Assembly: GCA_010093605.1 (NCBI GenBank)
Contig: MU004183.1
Location: 186,001 to 250,000, forward strand
DNA from: Lophium mytilinum
Taxonomy: Eukaryota
Length of the DNA: 64,000 nucleotides
Direction of reading: 5' to 3'
Shown here: positions 11,143 to 23,476 of the stretch, in pieces
Position numbering within the stretch: position 1 is the first letter of the stretch
Layout of the letters: the number at the start of each line of letters is the position of its first letter
Made by a program: the position numbers and the translations under genes
Notes under the pieces: generated by a model
Told to the model about the DNA's origin: nothing
Database searches by the model: none
Seen by the model: only the letters and a program-made list of their open reading frames with translations

Positions 11143-12591
11143 TTAGCCTGCGACAGACTGGGGTCCATAGCCAGGTGCCATGAAATAGGAGGGCTGCCTC
11201 TGGGTACAATACATGCAAGAGCAGTTGACCGGGTGATTGCTCCAGCCCGGTGCGTTGTACTGAGGCGTGTAAGCAGGCGGGCCGTAGTTGGCCGGCTGCT
11301 GATGCGGCTGAGACTGGTGCGGTGGCTGAGACAGCGACGAGAAGCCAAACATGGTGCGTCGCGAATAGCCTTCGGGCGGCGCCCAGGTACCCGGTCCACC
11401 ATAGTACTCCGGAGTTGTCGGTCCTGTGGTTGGGGCCGACGCAGGAGAGTGGTCAGTCGCAGAGCGCGGAACCAGCCACGGATCATACTGTGAGTACGCA
11501 GGAGTGCTGTACTGAGACTGTTGTGGCTTCGGGGCGAACTCATACGCAGGAACAGGTGGATTGGCGTACTGTTGCTGGAGGGGTGTGGGTGGCAGCGGCT
11601 TGTTCTGGTTGAGAACCCGCTGGCGCTGGACCGTAGTATCGATGGGGCTGAGCTTGTTGGGGCGATTGAGCTGAACCAGCTGATAGTCCTTCCAGTGCTC
11701 ATTCCACGAACACCAACCTTGTTGTTCCGCGGGATCGCGATGGAGCTTGAAGTCAATAGCAACCAGCCATTCCGTCTCCAACTCATTCAGAACGCGCACG
11801 GCGATGCCGCTAACCTCAGCCCAGGACCGATTGATGAAAGTGTTATCATCCAGGAACTTGCTGCCCAGGATCAATGCAACGGTGAGGGTGCGATACACGT
11901 CAATTCCGACAGGCTCGCCTCCAGTGGAGAGCATGGTCACCCGCGAGCACAAGTAGTGCAAGCTGAGCAAGATAGTAGCCGAAGGCAGTCTGGTCGCACA
12001 CAGAACTTGATGAATCCAGTTACGGTATGAGGTCGGGAGCTCTTTGCCTGGGATTATGCTTCGCATTACGTCAATGTCTGCAAGGCAGATGGGGGAAAAG
12101 TAGAGTTCGTACATTCCATGAGCCATGGCGGTGACAAAGTCAGTCATGACCTCCATATCATAGTCCAGCTTTGCGGACACTCCACCAACGGACTTGTCTT
12201 CCTTGGGCGGCTGAGTGGTGCGCTGATTCTGCTCCAGCGAGCGTCGCGGATGCATCGCCGGCTCTCCCATGCGAGGAGCGTTATGGACGCGCATTGGCGG
12301 CAAGATGGGCGCACCCATGGGCTCATAGTAGGAGCTTGAGGGTGGCATGGCTGGGGGCGCATTGCTGAGGTAAGTGCCGGCCTGCGGGTACATCGGAGGA
12401 ACCGCAATAGACAGCTGGCCATAGCGATCGGCGAAGTCGAAACCATCATCCTGTCGGTGGCCCTGCTGGCTGGGGTACTGCGGCTGCTGGTACTGCATGT
12501 TGCCACAGGCGTTGGTGTTGTAGCTGGGAATGAATTCTGGAGGAGTTAAAGGCAACTGCCGGGGCATGTTGCGAGGGTAGAAGGATGGCAT
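11143..12591 (-). CDS. CLG1: Pho85-type (Pcl/Clg1-like) cyclin
   Basis: Single coding exon. GGVSAKLDYDM and cyclin box QVLCATRLPSATILLSLHYL...LILGSKFLDDNTFINRSWAEVSG...LNELETEWL, with Q/P-rich flanks. 5' leader intron at 12688-12638. Confidence 0.8.
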   Translation of the reverse strand: MPSFYPRNMPRQLPLTPPEFIPSYNTNACGNMQYQQPQYPSQQGHRQDDGFDFADRYGQLSIAVPPMYPQAGTYLSNAPPAMPPSSSYYEPMGAPILPPMRVHNAPRMGEPAMHPRRSLEQNQRTTQPPKEDKSVGGVSAKLDYDMEVMTDFVTAMAHGMYELYFSPICLADIDVMRSIIPGKELPTSYRNWIHQVLCATRLPSATILLSLHYLCSRVTMLSTGGEPVGIDVYRTLTVALILGSKFLDDNTFINRSWAEVSGIAVRVLNELETEWLVAIDFKLHRDPAEQQGWCSWNEHWKDYQLVQLNRPNKLSPIDTTVQRQRVLNQNKPLPPTPLQQQYANPPVPAYEFAPKPQQSQYSTPAYSQYDPWLVPRSATDHSPASAPTTGPTTPEYYGGPGTWAPPEGYSRRTMFGFSSLSQPPHQSQPHQQPANYGPPAYTPQYNAPGWSNHPVNCSCMYCTQRQPSYFMAPGYGPQSVAG

Positions 12592-15240
12592 GACCGATGC
12601 AGTCGCAATAGCACAAGAGGAACCGGCGCAAGACACCCTGAGGGGTTGTTAGCTTGTGGAATTGGCCAAGTTAGTCAAGCCCACGTACAGTTTCCTCTAC
12701 TCCCGACCGAAGGAAAACCTGAGCGCACGCTCTTGAGCGAACCGGCGGACGCGGGCTAATAAGCTCCTCTCATGCACAAAGATGATTGCTGTAGAGTGTT
12801 TTGCCAAAGGAAGCCGATCGGAAAAATGTGGTGGAGCTCGTGAGTCTCAACCAGACAATGCGGCGGGGCCGTTAGAGTTTGTGATGCGGAGAGAAGAATG
12901 TGGTTTGTTGATGGCGCGAGTGTTGGCTTTCCACGGGTAGAGGTGAATGTCGGTCGCGTCGTCGGTCAACGTCGAGCTTTGCTGGGTGACGCGGAAGAGT
13001 CAAGGCGACGGAGGCGTGACGTGTTCAGACGCTCAATACGGACTCCAGGACGAAGCCTAAATCAATAGATCGCCACTGGAAGGCAGATGGAACCGGGCGG
13101 AGAGACGTAAACGTGGGCTCCCCGAGGTCGCGGCTGACAAAGGAAGAGGAGATGCCGAATGAAGGATGCAGCAGGCGCTGACCGCTGGAAGAGGAGCAAT
13201 GCAGGTCGTGAAGTCGAAGCGTGTCGTCAAGTCCGAGGGCGTTGTGCCGACGTGGTGTTGTGCAGGGCGCGGCGGAGGTGGAAGGGGTCGAGACGGGCGG
13301 CTTTTTTTGGCTCAGCGAAGAGTCCGTCTCCGGAGAAGCGCAGCGACTCAGCCACCTGGGAGAGAGAGTAGACGAAGGGTCGGGTCCTTGGCCTGCGACG
13401 CGCAGCACACGACGAGCGGCGTGCGGAGGGAAGAGGGTGGCGGAAGGAGGGTGGTGGTGATGGAGAGCGATGGAGGAGGAGAGACAGAGGTCGACGGGCA
13501 ACGGGTTGCAGGGTGAAGTGGATGTGGATGTGTGGAGGCCAACGAACCTGGCAGTCGGCTCACGGGCGGCGAGAAAAGCTGAGCGTCGCCGGATGACAGA
13601 GACGCTCGGGCCGGCCAATCAGCGGCCGCCTGGTTTCCACACCCACAGAACGGCCAGGACCCCTTTTTCGACCTGATTTCGGCCGTCCACGGCTAGAGCC
13701 AACGAAGGGCCCTTGGACTCCCAATGCTTCGCCTCCGTCAGCCCGCGGCACGCACACCACCACGGCCCGCCCAGCGCTGCGAGAACTGCTGGGAGAGCGG
13801 CCTCAGTGGCTCCAGCATCCTCCCGACCAGCCTCAGTATCAGGGGAGACCAGAGGGCGCAGAGACACCGCACCACCATCACATTACAGCACAGCGCTTCA
13901 GCGTCCTGCGTCCTGCGACGGTACGCCTGCCCTCTCGTTGCCGCCACTGGCGACCCAACTCCCTCGTTCCAGCAGCCGGCCACGTCGGAAGGCCACGAGC
14001 GGCTACTGCTCGCAAGCTGCAGCCCGTGCTGAAATCAGCGTGCAGCAGCGGCTGCCTCATGCTTGAGACAACGTCGTTACGAGTCACGATGGCAGGCAAG
14101 TAAATTTAGCTCTGTTCGGTCCGCGCAGACGATACATATATTGACTCCCGATACCGCACGCGGCCTCGCACTTATTGGCCCTGTCTTTGCGGCCACTGGC
14201 GACCTTGCTCGTGCCCACCACCACCCCACTGCTGCGTCTGCGTTTCTGCATCTGTGGCCTCGAAGTGGTGCCGCCGTCGCCTTTCGCCCGTTGTCCCTGG
14301 GTCGGGCTCCCGCGAAACGACGTCAAGCAACAGCAGGTGAAGCTCCGAGGATGATGGAGCAACTCGGGACGCGGACGGCTAGCAAGGTTTGTTCGGGGGA
14401 ACGACCAGGCCAGGGCCGATGGCAGCGCTGCCATCACAGTTTGGTTGGAAATCGAGAAGTCATAGAGCGAGAGGCAAAAAGCCAGACTCACCACTCCGTC
14501 ATACAGCGGTCCTCGTGCCGTCTCTGCCCACGATGGCGGTGGGTGAACATGCATACCAAGACACCACCCGTTTCTTTTCTGGCTAGCAGCCAAATCAAAG
14601 GCCCAGCACGTGAAATCCTTCCCTGCTCTTCGAGATCGGCAGCCCAGAAAAACTCGTTGTCTGTCACGGCCATGGCAACTCGGTGACCGACCAGCCCAGA
14701 CCAAGTCCCCATACTCACCCAAATTCTAAACCCCATCTGAAGCCGCGCATAACGCTGCCAGGCAACAGAGAACATCCTTTTCGGGGATTGAATGTTTCTG
14801 CCTGTAGTCCTCGTGTTTCTGACGCGGCCAGCAATCACCGCCATCTGCCGCTGAGGGGCACGGCTCACTTGCGTCGTGTGTTCTTCTCAGCCCGGATTTA
14901 CCGTTAACATCGTCAGACTATCCAACCGGCTGTAATTCGGAGTGGGAGCCTATCCCACTCTGACCCAACAAACACATCCACTTCAGCCAGAAGGAGACGA
15001 ACGTCCGACTCGCATATGGCTCCAATAATGGATGGCCATCGCCTTTTTCAATTAGCGTCACACAGTGGCAATGTACTAATCAAATTCGTAGTTTTCAATG
15101 CTCATGTGACTGTCATTATGGACCATCCTGAACGCCGTAGAGGTATCAACCGTGGTATTCAGCAAGCTACCTAAGAGACAGGTCCCCGTTATGCATGCAG
15201 CAAATGATTCATTTCCGTTCCAAACTTTTGAAGTCGTAGC

Positions 15241-16752
15241 CTAGTTCATCTGCTTGATGAGAGCATTGATCTTGTCCTCGCGGTTGCCCAAGTCACCACC
15301 TTCGATGAAATGCTTGAACTTCCTCGGTCGGAACCCACCGGTAGGGTTGCTCAGCTTGAACGGCCACAGGAAGTTGCTGGCCTGCTTGAAGTTGGGGCCG
15401 ACGGTGAAGATCTCGTGGATCAGGTCCTCCACACAGATGATGCCGTACTTGCCAAGGGACTCCTCAATGATAGCGTTGTCGGTCAGCGCGATGCGCTGCT
15501 TGTCGATCTTGCCGTAACCACGCTTGTAGACGAGCTCACGCACGCTCTTGAGGTTGGGGTATCCGTAGGCGACGAAGGGCTCGACGATCTTCAACATCTC
15601 TGAGGTGGCCTTGGTGAGGCGGACGAAGACACCGTTGTTGATCTGGAGAAGACGCAACAGCTGGAGCGTCTTCCTCTTCTTGGGGTCGATCTTGTTGATA
15701 CTAGTACATCATTAGCAAAATGTTGTAGTTTGACGAAGGCAAAGATGCGGCATACCCCTTGATGCGGACGACGAAGACGAGCTTGGGCTCAGCCTCGACG
15801 TAGTAGGATCCCTCCTGCTTGGCTTCCCTAGAGAGGCGGATCTTCTCCTTCTCTACATCGCGGTATTCCTTGACGTAAGACTCGGCGCGCTTGAAGATGA
15901 CGGCACGCTTCTCTTTGTTGGCCTGTGGAAACTTATCAGTATAGTTCCAATGCGTAACGACATGCAAATGCATTTTGGGAGGTTGAATGATCAGTCCCGA
16001 AAGATGGTTAACAAGACGACAGCATTGACCTGGGTCTAGTCGTTATGATTGGTAGGTATCATCACCATATTCTCTCTCCCAATTGCGAGACATGCGAGAG
16101 TATTTGCCTACCTTGCGCTTCTTCTGAAGATCCGCAGCCCGGGTCTCACGTTCCTTCTCCTGGGACTTCCTCTTCCTAGACAGCTATGAGTATGTGATGG
16201 CGGTGGAGCGGATCGAGGGCTGGCTTACTTCAAGAGGGTCTCCGGGACGAGGATGGAGTCCTTGGTGGGAGCGGTCCTGTGATACACGAGAATGGTCAGA
16301 ATGGTCTGGTGAACACAAACAGTGTACAGTCCGAGAAGAGAATTGCAGCCAGTGCGGCATTCTCAACTGGAGGTTGAACTCGATAATATGTATTTGATCG
16401 ATGAGATAGTACAATGTCATGGCAATGCTGATGAACAGCGCGCGTACGACAATTGACCTGCCTCAATCGACAAGACCCCGAACAGATGTTCGAGAAGAGA
16501 TGCGCGTGCCCCAAGTGCGACGGCATATAGATTTGAGGAAGAAGAGTTGCTTCATTCCCAATACCCCGATCTCACATTCTAACAAGATGAGCAGCTACGC
16601 CCATGCTTGAGAGGACTGAGACGCAGGAAGAATCGAGCTGGCGCTGGCGAGCAGCGGGCCCAGCGAGAAAGACCGCGACCATCTGAATTGCATCTCGGAT
16701 ATCAGCACAAGAGAGGCGGAGCTACTCACGAGGTCTTCTTGGTGGGAGACAT
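15241..16752 (-). CDS. RPL7: 60S ribosomal protein L7 (uL30), 5 exons
   Basis: Exons 16752-16730, 16276-16229, 16175-16112, 15922-15756, 15700-15241. Motifs [53 protein letters not shown]. Confidence 0.97.
15987..16069 (-). ncRNA. snR39: Intronic box C/D snoRNA, snR39/snR59 family (guide for 25S rRNA 2'-O-methylation at the yeast A807-equivalent site)
   Basis: Lies in RPL7 intron 3. C box GTGATGA (16065-16059), D box CTGA (15994-15991), guide ACCATCTTTCGGG complementary to LSU rRNA CCCGAAAGAUGGU, short terminal stem ATGG/TCAT. Yeast RPL7A/B introns host snR39/snR59. Confidence 0.88.
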
Positions 16753-16955
16753 GGCTGCTGTTGTCGGAGTGCGGGTTAGTTGGCGTCGACGAAGGGGAAG
16801 CTGCGAAGGAGGTGAGTAAAATTTCGCGTGTGGCCTTCCAATTTTTCGGAACAGCTGTCGGGCCGAGTTCCTGGGCGCTAATCCCTGCTACCTCTCTACT
16901 ACCTAGGCCCCCCCTCCAAGCAATCATCGCTCATCAACGACCGTAACTATACAAC

Positions 16956-17808
16956 ATGTCCTCAAATCGACGCGGTGTTGGCCTTAGCGCCTTCACTCGC
17001 AGCCATATTAGCACCGCACAATATGCCTCCCACGGCAGCGCCCTACGGTCCGCCCAGTCGGACTCCCTCCAAACCCAACTCTCCGTCTTCCAGCAGCTCC
17101 TCCACCAGTTCAGTATCACGCACGCCAAAGACATTCGCTCGAATCCTACCTTCCGCGCCGAGTTTGCGCGTATGTGTAACGCCATCGGTGTCGACCCTTT
17201 GGCGTCTTCACATCACAAAGCAGCCGGTGGTGGGGGCAAGGACGGTGGCAGCTTTTGGGCGCAGATGCTCGGAGGCAGCGTGAATGACTTTTACTTCGAG
17301 CTGGCAGTACGTGTGGTGGAGGTTTGTCGAGATACTCGGGCAGAGAACGGAGGCATAATAGCGGTTGCCGAAGTACGGCAGCGCGTTCAAAAGGGCAAGG
17401 GCATTGGAGGGGGAATGGAGGTTTCAGAGTACGTGAATGGCTTTCATAAAGCTTTCTGGTCATCCGGAATGTGAACTTACATTTTTTTCCAGCGACGACG
17501 TTCTCCGCGCCGTATCCTCCCTCAGTCCACTCGGATCAGGCTTCACCATCATGAAGCTCGGCCACAATCAGATGATCCGCTCCGTTCCCAAGGAACTAAA
17601 CACCGACCAGACCACCGTTCTAGAAGCTATACAGGTCCTCGGATATATCACCACATCAATGTTGCAGCTCAATCTCGGCTGGACCCGCGTTAGGGCTATG
17701 GCTGTGATAGATGACCTCATGACCGACTCGCTCGTCTGGGTAGATCGCCAGGCTGAAGAGACGGAGTACTGGTCACCTACGTTTATTCACGAGGCGGCAG
17801 GGTCATGA
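16956..17808 (+). CDS. SNF8: ESCRT-II subunit Snf8/Vps22
   Basis: Exons 16956-17428 and 17493-17808. Motifs RRGVGLSAF, FRAEFARMCNAIGVDPLAS, DFYFELAVRVVEVC, ENGG, RSVPKELNTDQ, WVDRQ. Divergent from RPL7 across ~200 bp. Confidence 0.93.
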
Positions 17809-18832
17809 GATGCGTAGATTATCAATACGTTCATACCGCGAGATGGTCGTAGCCTCCATGGCTACGCCAATGTTTTTTGCGACAGAGTCGTAGGAAACAC
17901 TATCCTCAAACAAGATGCCAGTAGAATGCTGTAGCAACTACAAATACGCTGCATATCCGAGCCGAAACCCTGCCATCCTGGGAGGCGAATACCTAGAGAC
18001 AGAGGGTGTGATCACTACCCTAGATACGATCTTATGAAGAATCAACCGGCGAAATTCGACGAAGGAATGGATACTAATTCTATCTCCGAAGTCGGAACCT
18101 GGGCCTTTGAGGCTTAGGTAGCGTGTGATTCTATCTATCGAACCATGGATAAGTCATTCACTTCATATAGCGATGTATGCGAAGTACAAGTAAATCTTTT
18201 CTTTTGCTGCCCAGCTCAGATACAATGGTAACTATTTTCTTCTGCTGTAAACACCACAGCAATTTCAAAATGTAAAAGTATTCAAGCAGTAAGCTTCGGT
18301 CATAAAAGCAGACCTCAGAAGAACACAAAGGTAGATTTATTAGACTGTCAATGCGGCACCTTTGTGGCACTGGCAAGATATGAGACAGGGGGTCATCTTC
18401 GAACAAACTCTTGCCTCCATCTCCAAATGTATTTGTGCAGCGACTTTCTAGCAGTTTCCTTACGTCTGCTTCAAAGGCTCGGATCCATCACGAAGCACCA
18501 GAGTACATCACTCCTCATCCCGATCTTAGCCTGACCGTGATCATCCGGCCTTTTCAGGAAGCAATTTTGCATAAGTTAGAGATATCAGATATGTTGAGGG
18601 ACGGATGTGCTATGGGCATAGACCTTATGGTCTTCCGGCAGGCGCAGGTAGAGCTCGTTCCCTCGCCTCGGTTTCTCTTTCCCCGTATTGCAATTCAGCA
18701 AGAGTCGTCCTATGCATTGTCAACAGTCACGGCCAACCATCTAGTCTCCAACAAGTCGTCACTCGTTATTCGCGTTCCCAACTTCTATCCTACACCTATC
18801 ACCACATATCCGCCAGTCCTGTACAACATAGC

Positions 18833-21078
18833 ATGCCTACTCAGAGCAATGCTCATGAGCCAAGACAAATTCACGTCACCGAGATACCTGTAGCCAAGTC
18901 CTCACATCCCCTTCCTAACCGTCCGAAAGAAGCCAAATGTCACGACTGTCGCATCTGGGAACCGTCGAACCTGGAAGATAGATTTCCAGCAATTCCTTGC
19001 GGGCACCATCCTCGCTCTAATCCGAACGGTGAGATTTACGCCTGATGAGATCGTTGATCTCTCACTTCTAACGAATGACTACAGAAAACCGTTTCAGTAT
19101 TCTAGCGCAGCTAGACTCGCGAGGCGAAAAGTCTAGCTGGGCTTTCGACTTCATCCCACCCTCAAAACGTTTCACTGCGCGACGCCGGGGTAAAAGAGGT
19201 GGAAGACATAGCAAGACGAAGGCCAAGCAGGGACTGCGACCCGACATCTTCGATGACCTGTTCGCAGACTTGAGATCCAAAGACACATCTAGCACTATAG
19301 GCGGTGTCTCGAGTGGGAGTCCAGCCAAGACCAACGACATCCCTCAAAGCCGCAAGTCAGAGGTACCGCAAAACTCACCGAGCAGAGTGGAATCCGTCGG
19401 ACCAGCTCCCCATGTTTGCTCTATCACAAAGCCTCCACCTGCTCGGTCTATCTTCAGCCGTCAAAGCTCGCAATCCATACAGCCAACAGTCCCTAATCTG
19501 ACTCTCGGGCGTCGAACGCCACCCATCCACCCACCACTTCAGACGCCATCCTTTCAACAGTCCCGCTTCTATCTACCGGCTACCTTCAGCCCCGGAGTTC
19601 CCTCACCGAGCTTATCCCCGATCCTTAAGAAGACTTTGAGTCGTCGCTCGTCGCTCTCCACAACTTCAATTACATCAACTACGGGCGGTGCTACTAACCA
19701 TCCTCGACTACATCTCCTACAAGATGCCTCCTTCGCTACACATACCGATAGGGAAAAACACAGCAATGACTATGCCAGGACCACCACACGCCGCAACTCC
19801 CGCTTCTTTCCCCACCGCGCTGCCGCGGCCGCTGCTATCCGGGCCCTCTCGCTGCCGCCGTCTACTCCAGTCACCCCTCTACATTATAGAAGTAAGAGCT
19901 CCTGCGCGACAACGCCGTGCTCTCTCCCTCCCAGTCCACCGCTAGCCCTCGAGCCATCTCTTACTCCGCCCCTAATTCTTGAGCCAATACCCACACCGCC
20001 GTGGGTCACTTCCCCCCTCTGCCATCCCAACGCTTTACCTTCCCCCACGCCGTCTCCATCTAGCACCGCTCGTGCTCTCAGGGACTACATTTGCGTTTCC
20101 AATAGTCCAACGGCCAGTGCTAGTGTCGTTGTCACGCCTTCCCCTTCTACCCCCTCAACCCCTCCATCTTCGAACTGGAGGACATGGCAAGACTGCCGAT
20201 ACGAGTCCGTTTCTACCTCTCCTTATCCGCCTGAAAATCCGTACTCGCCTATCGATTCTGTGCCTTCTGCTGAAGGAGGATGTCCGGATATGGACGCGGG
20301 TGAGACTCCTGAGATTCTGCACAGGCCCAACTCCAGCGACCCAGCACCGGTTGGCTGTCCAAGCCCCACTCCACCCCCACTGACAGTTGAAGAGAGGGCA
20401 TCTCTGACAAAATTCTTGGCAATGGGACATGCGGAGCCGTGCTGGTGCCGCAGCACTCAAGCTTCGGTCACATCAACGGAGGTCCTTCCCACACCGAGTC
20501 AGCTGTTTGCGGTGCAGCAGTCTATCGCCTCATCTTCCACCACTCCGGCAGACCCGTCCCTACCATCTGAAACATTACTCTCAACGTCTCCAGACGTCTC
20601 CAGCTCTATCGAATTTGAGCACATCCTCCCCTCGCCTACCGCTTTTGACGCCGATGGCGATGACGATGATGGATGGACTCTACTGCACGACGAAGCGAGA
20701 GTTGGGCGGCCGGTTGTGCGACATGTCACTACTCCGTTGACTAGGACGCGTCCAAGGGGCCCGAAATGGCGGTGTCGGATACCTGTTCCTGCGTCTTCTA
20801 TCCCGCTTTCGAAGGGAAAGGAGAAGGAAAAGGAGAAGGAAGAAGAGGATATCGGCATGGAAGAGTGGTGGTATCTAGAATGTGATAGTGACACGAAAGT
20901 GGAGAAGGGAGAGGGTAGTCGACAGGCTGTGGAAGAGACTTGTGAGAAATGCGAAGAGCGAGTGTGTAAAAAGGGTTGGTGCGGGTGCGAGTGGGAGTGG
21001 TATTGGCCGAGTTTAAAAGAGGCCAGGGAGATGGGGTGGGAGAAAGGAAAGGGGAAGGGGAAAGAGAAGGTTGTGTGA
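18833..21078 (+). CDS. Hypothetical Pro/Ser/Thr-rich protein, 2 exons
   Basis: ATG 18833. Intron 19029-19084 (GTGAG...CTAAC...CAG) joins in frame to the 667-codon ORF. Low complexity, with small Cys clusters (GHAEPCWC; CEKCEERVCKKGWCGC). No recognised domain. Confidence 0.65.
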
Positions 21079-21375
21079 GTGATTGAAGGAAGAGAGTAGG
21101 ACTGTTCGAGTGGATAAGGTGGTTAGGCTGAGTTGGATGGACGTTTCGTTGGGTCGTGGTCAGTTTTGTATTGTTACCTGAGTACCGAGAATAAATGATA
21201 TAATATCCTCAAGTTTCACTGCAGTGAGTAAAGGCTGCATCAATCTACTCATCTGTTTCTAACATCCAGGATCACAGATAGATATCGTAAAGGATCACGT
21301 GAAGCGCGACGTAACCGCGATACCGCGTCTACACTAATCTCAATCTAGTGCACGCGACATCAGCTCATCTCCCCC

Positions 21376-23476
21376 ATGTTCCGGCCTCGAATATGTTTGA
21401 TCCGACAACCTTCTCGCCTCGTTGCAAGGACGAATACTCAATCGCAATCTTCTCTAACAAACAACCGTCATCTCCGTCGGGTCTCGAATCACGGAAAGTA
21501 TATACTCACTACTGAAGCATGGCATGCACCCACATTAATTGCACCGCTAAAAATCTTTAGTATTACATCTATGGAGACTCCACTCGACCCAGGGACGACG
21601 CCTTTCATTCCATCCGACCAGGAACACTCGAGTCCATTTTTTGGGAGCGCGAAGTCTGCGCTATCGCTTCCTGCGAGTACACAGGAGGTTATGGATGAGA
21701 CTGTGGAGCTGTCCGGTCTTGACAAGAAGCGCAAGAGACCAGCATCTTGCGAGGGCATTGAACTATCCAGCCATGTTAGTATGAAGCGTGGCAGATCAGG
21801 GAGATCAGGGAGATCATCGTCGAGCACATGCTTCGAGGTGGTTGAGCCAATAGAGGGTCAGGATGGCATGGGCATCAACCCAAACAGCCAAGCTGAGGCT
21901 GCCGCTGTCCAAAAGCAACTGGAAATTGAGACTGGTTTACCTCCGGGGAACAAGACGCTAACCCCGGAGGATGAGAGGGACGATAAATCTACCGAGACGA
22001 GCGATGATGAATCCACCGAGACGAGGGACGATGAATCGACCGAGAGCGAGGAAGAATCCACGACAAGCTACGAACCGCAACCGGACCTAAGCATTGTAAT
22101 AGACCTAGCAGGCGACCGAAAGCTGATCATACGGGGACATGCGGACTTACAAGCTCTCATCTCCACACCCTGTGTCCGCCGGATAAGTAACTTTTGGAAG
22201 TCGCTCTTGGATACAGACGTTACGGAGCCCGTGGTGGAGGAATTTGACTCAAAAAGCGTTCTAATTTTGTTAGATATTGCCCATGGAAACATGCGCTACG
22301 TCCCGGAGCATATGGAAGACCCCGCTATGCTCCTTAAGATTGCCTTCCTCTGCGTTAATTACGGCGGGATTGAGCATATCAGACCATTCTTACGCGGCTG
22401 GGCCTGGCCAATTATATCGTCCACGATGAAACCAGATAATGAGGAGTGGCTTTTCATCTCTTGGGTATTCGGATACAACGACACTTTCGAAGCGGCGACT
22501 CGGCGTATCGCTCTCACTGCCAATTCAGACGAAGATATATTTTCGATTGATGGAAACCCCCTTGCTGCAGACTCGGCATTCGAAGATGCTGAAAAAGGCG
22601 TGTACCGCATTATCCTGGGTACGAGATCTTACACTTTTACCCCTTGCTAGAGCCCGCCGACCTGCGCAACTTTTCTTTGTAACATGACATATCTCCATCA
22701 TGTTTATCAGCTTATCAATAAGGCAAAATCCTTATGCTAATCATATTCCAGATAATGTTAGTCGTGTTCGTTCCGGGATCATCAACGAAATACTGGATGT
22801 CTGTCATAAATATGTTGAAGTTCTCTCTAAACCAGGCCGGACCCGTTGCAAGCTCACCTCCGGGTCCACAGTCTGTGAATCTCTAGCTCTTGGATGCTTG
22901 GTCAAGGGCTTGACCGCATTGAAACTATGGCCTCGGCGCCCAGATCCCAAAAAACTGATAATCAGCGTCCACAATCTGATCCTCAAGCTCCGGACGGTAT
23001 TGCTCATTGGCAATGGCAGCCACACAGAAAAGTGCGACCATAATACCGACTTCCACGAAGCACTAGCGCTATGTTTGAGCTCTGACGACGCCCTCCTCGA
23101 GCAGAAAGGTCTATGGTTTCCAACGACTGGCTTTAAAGCCCTCGAAGATGAGCACGAGAAGCACTTCGAAAGCTTCAGACTAAGAACCTCCGAGGTAGAT
23201 CCTCTAATTTGGAAAAGCAAAGCCCTCATGGACATGGGTTTCGTGGAAAGGGACGAGATTGGACTGATCTATAAACCGCAAGATGATGGTACGACTCTCG
23301 TCATCTGCCCCGAAGAGAATTTCGTCTACGATAGCGACTGCGACGAAAGCAACTGGAGTGATGACAATTCCGTTATCGACTTGAAATTGATATCGCAGCC
23401 GGACGAGGAATATCTGGCGCCAGGCTACGAGAGCGGCTGGGACTCCGATGCACCTATGAACGACGATGCGGACTAA
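21376..23476 (+). CDS. Fungal BTB/POZ-like domain protein, 2 exons (start 21376 or 21571)
   Basis: Intron 22619-22751 joins the two ORFs in frame. BTB-like segment IDLAGDRKLII...RRISNFWKSLL...ILLDIAHG...EEWLFISWVFG, a basic KKRKR motif, acidic 8-aa repeats and a Cys-containing C-terminal half. Confidence 0.65.
21973..22060 (+). repeat. Coding 24-bp minisatellite (~3.5 copies)
   Basis: GAGA(C)GAGGGACGATGAATC.ACC-type repeats encode ERDDKSTE-TSDDESTE-TRDDESTE-SEEEST. Confidence 0.7.

Noticed and set aside
13025..14907. Cluster of overlapping 60-212 aa ORFs upstream of the cyclin
   Set aside because: GC-rich promoter/leader DNA with ORFs in all frames, no domain motifs and no consistent codon bias.
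18411..18893. 160-aa ORF upstream of the Pro/Ser-rich gene
   Set aside because: Non-ATG start, no motifs, and it overlaps the better-supported first exon starting at 18833 in another frame.
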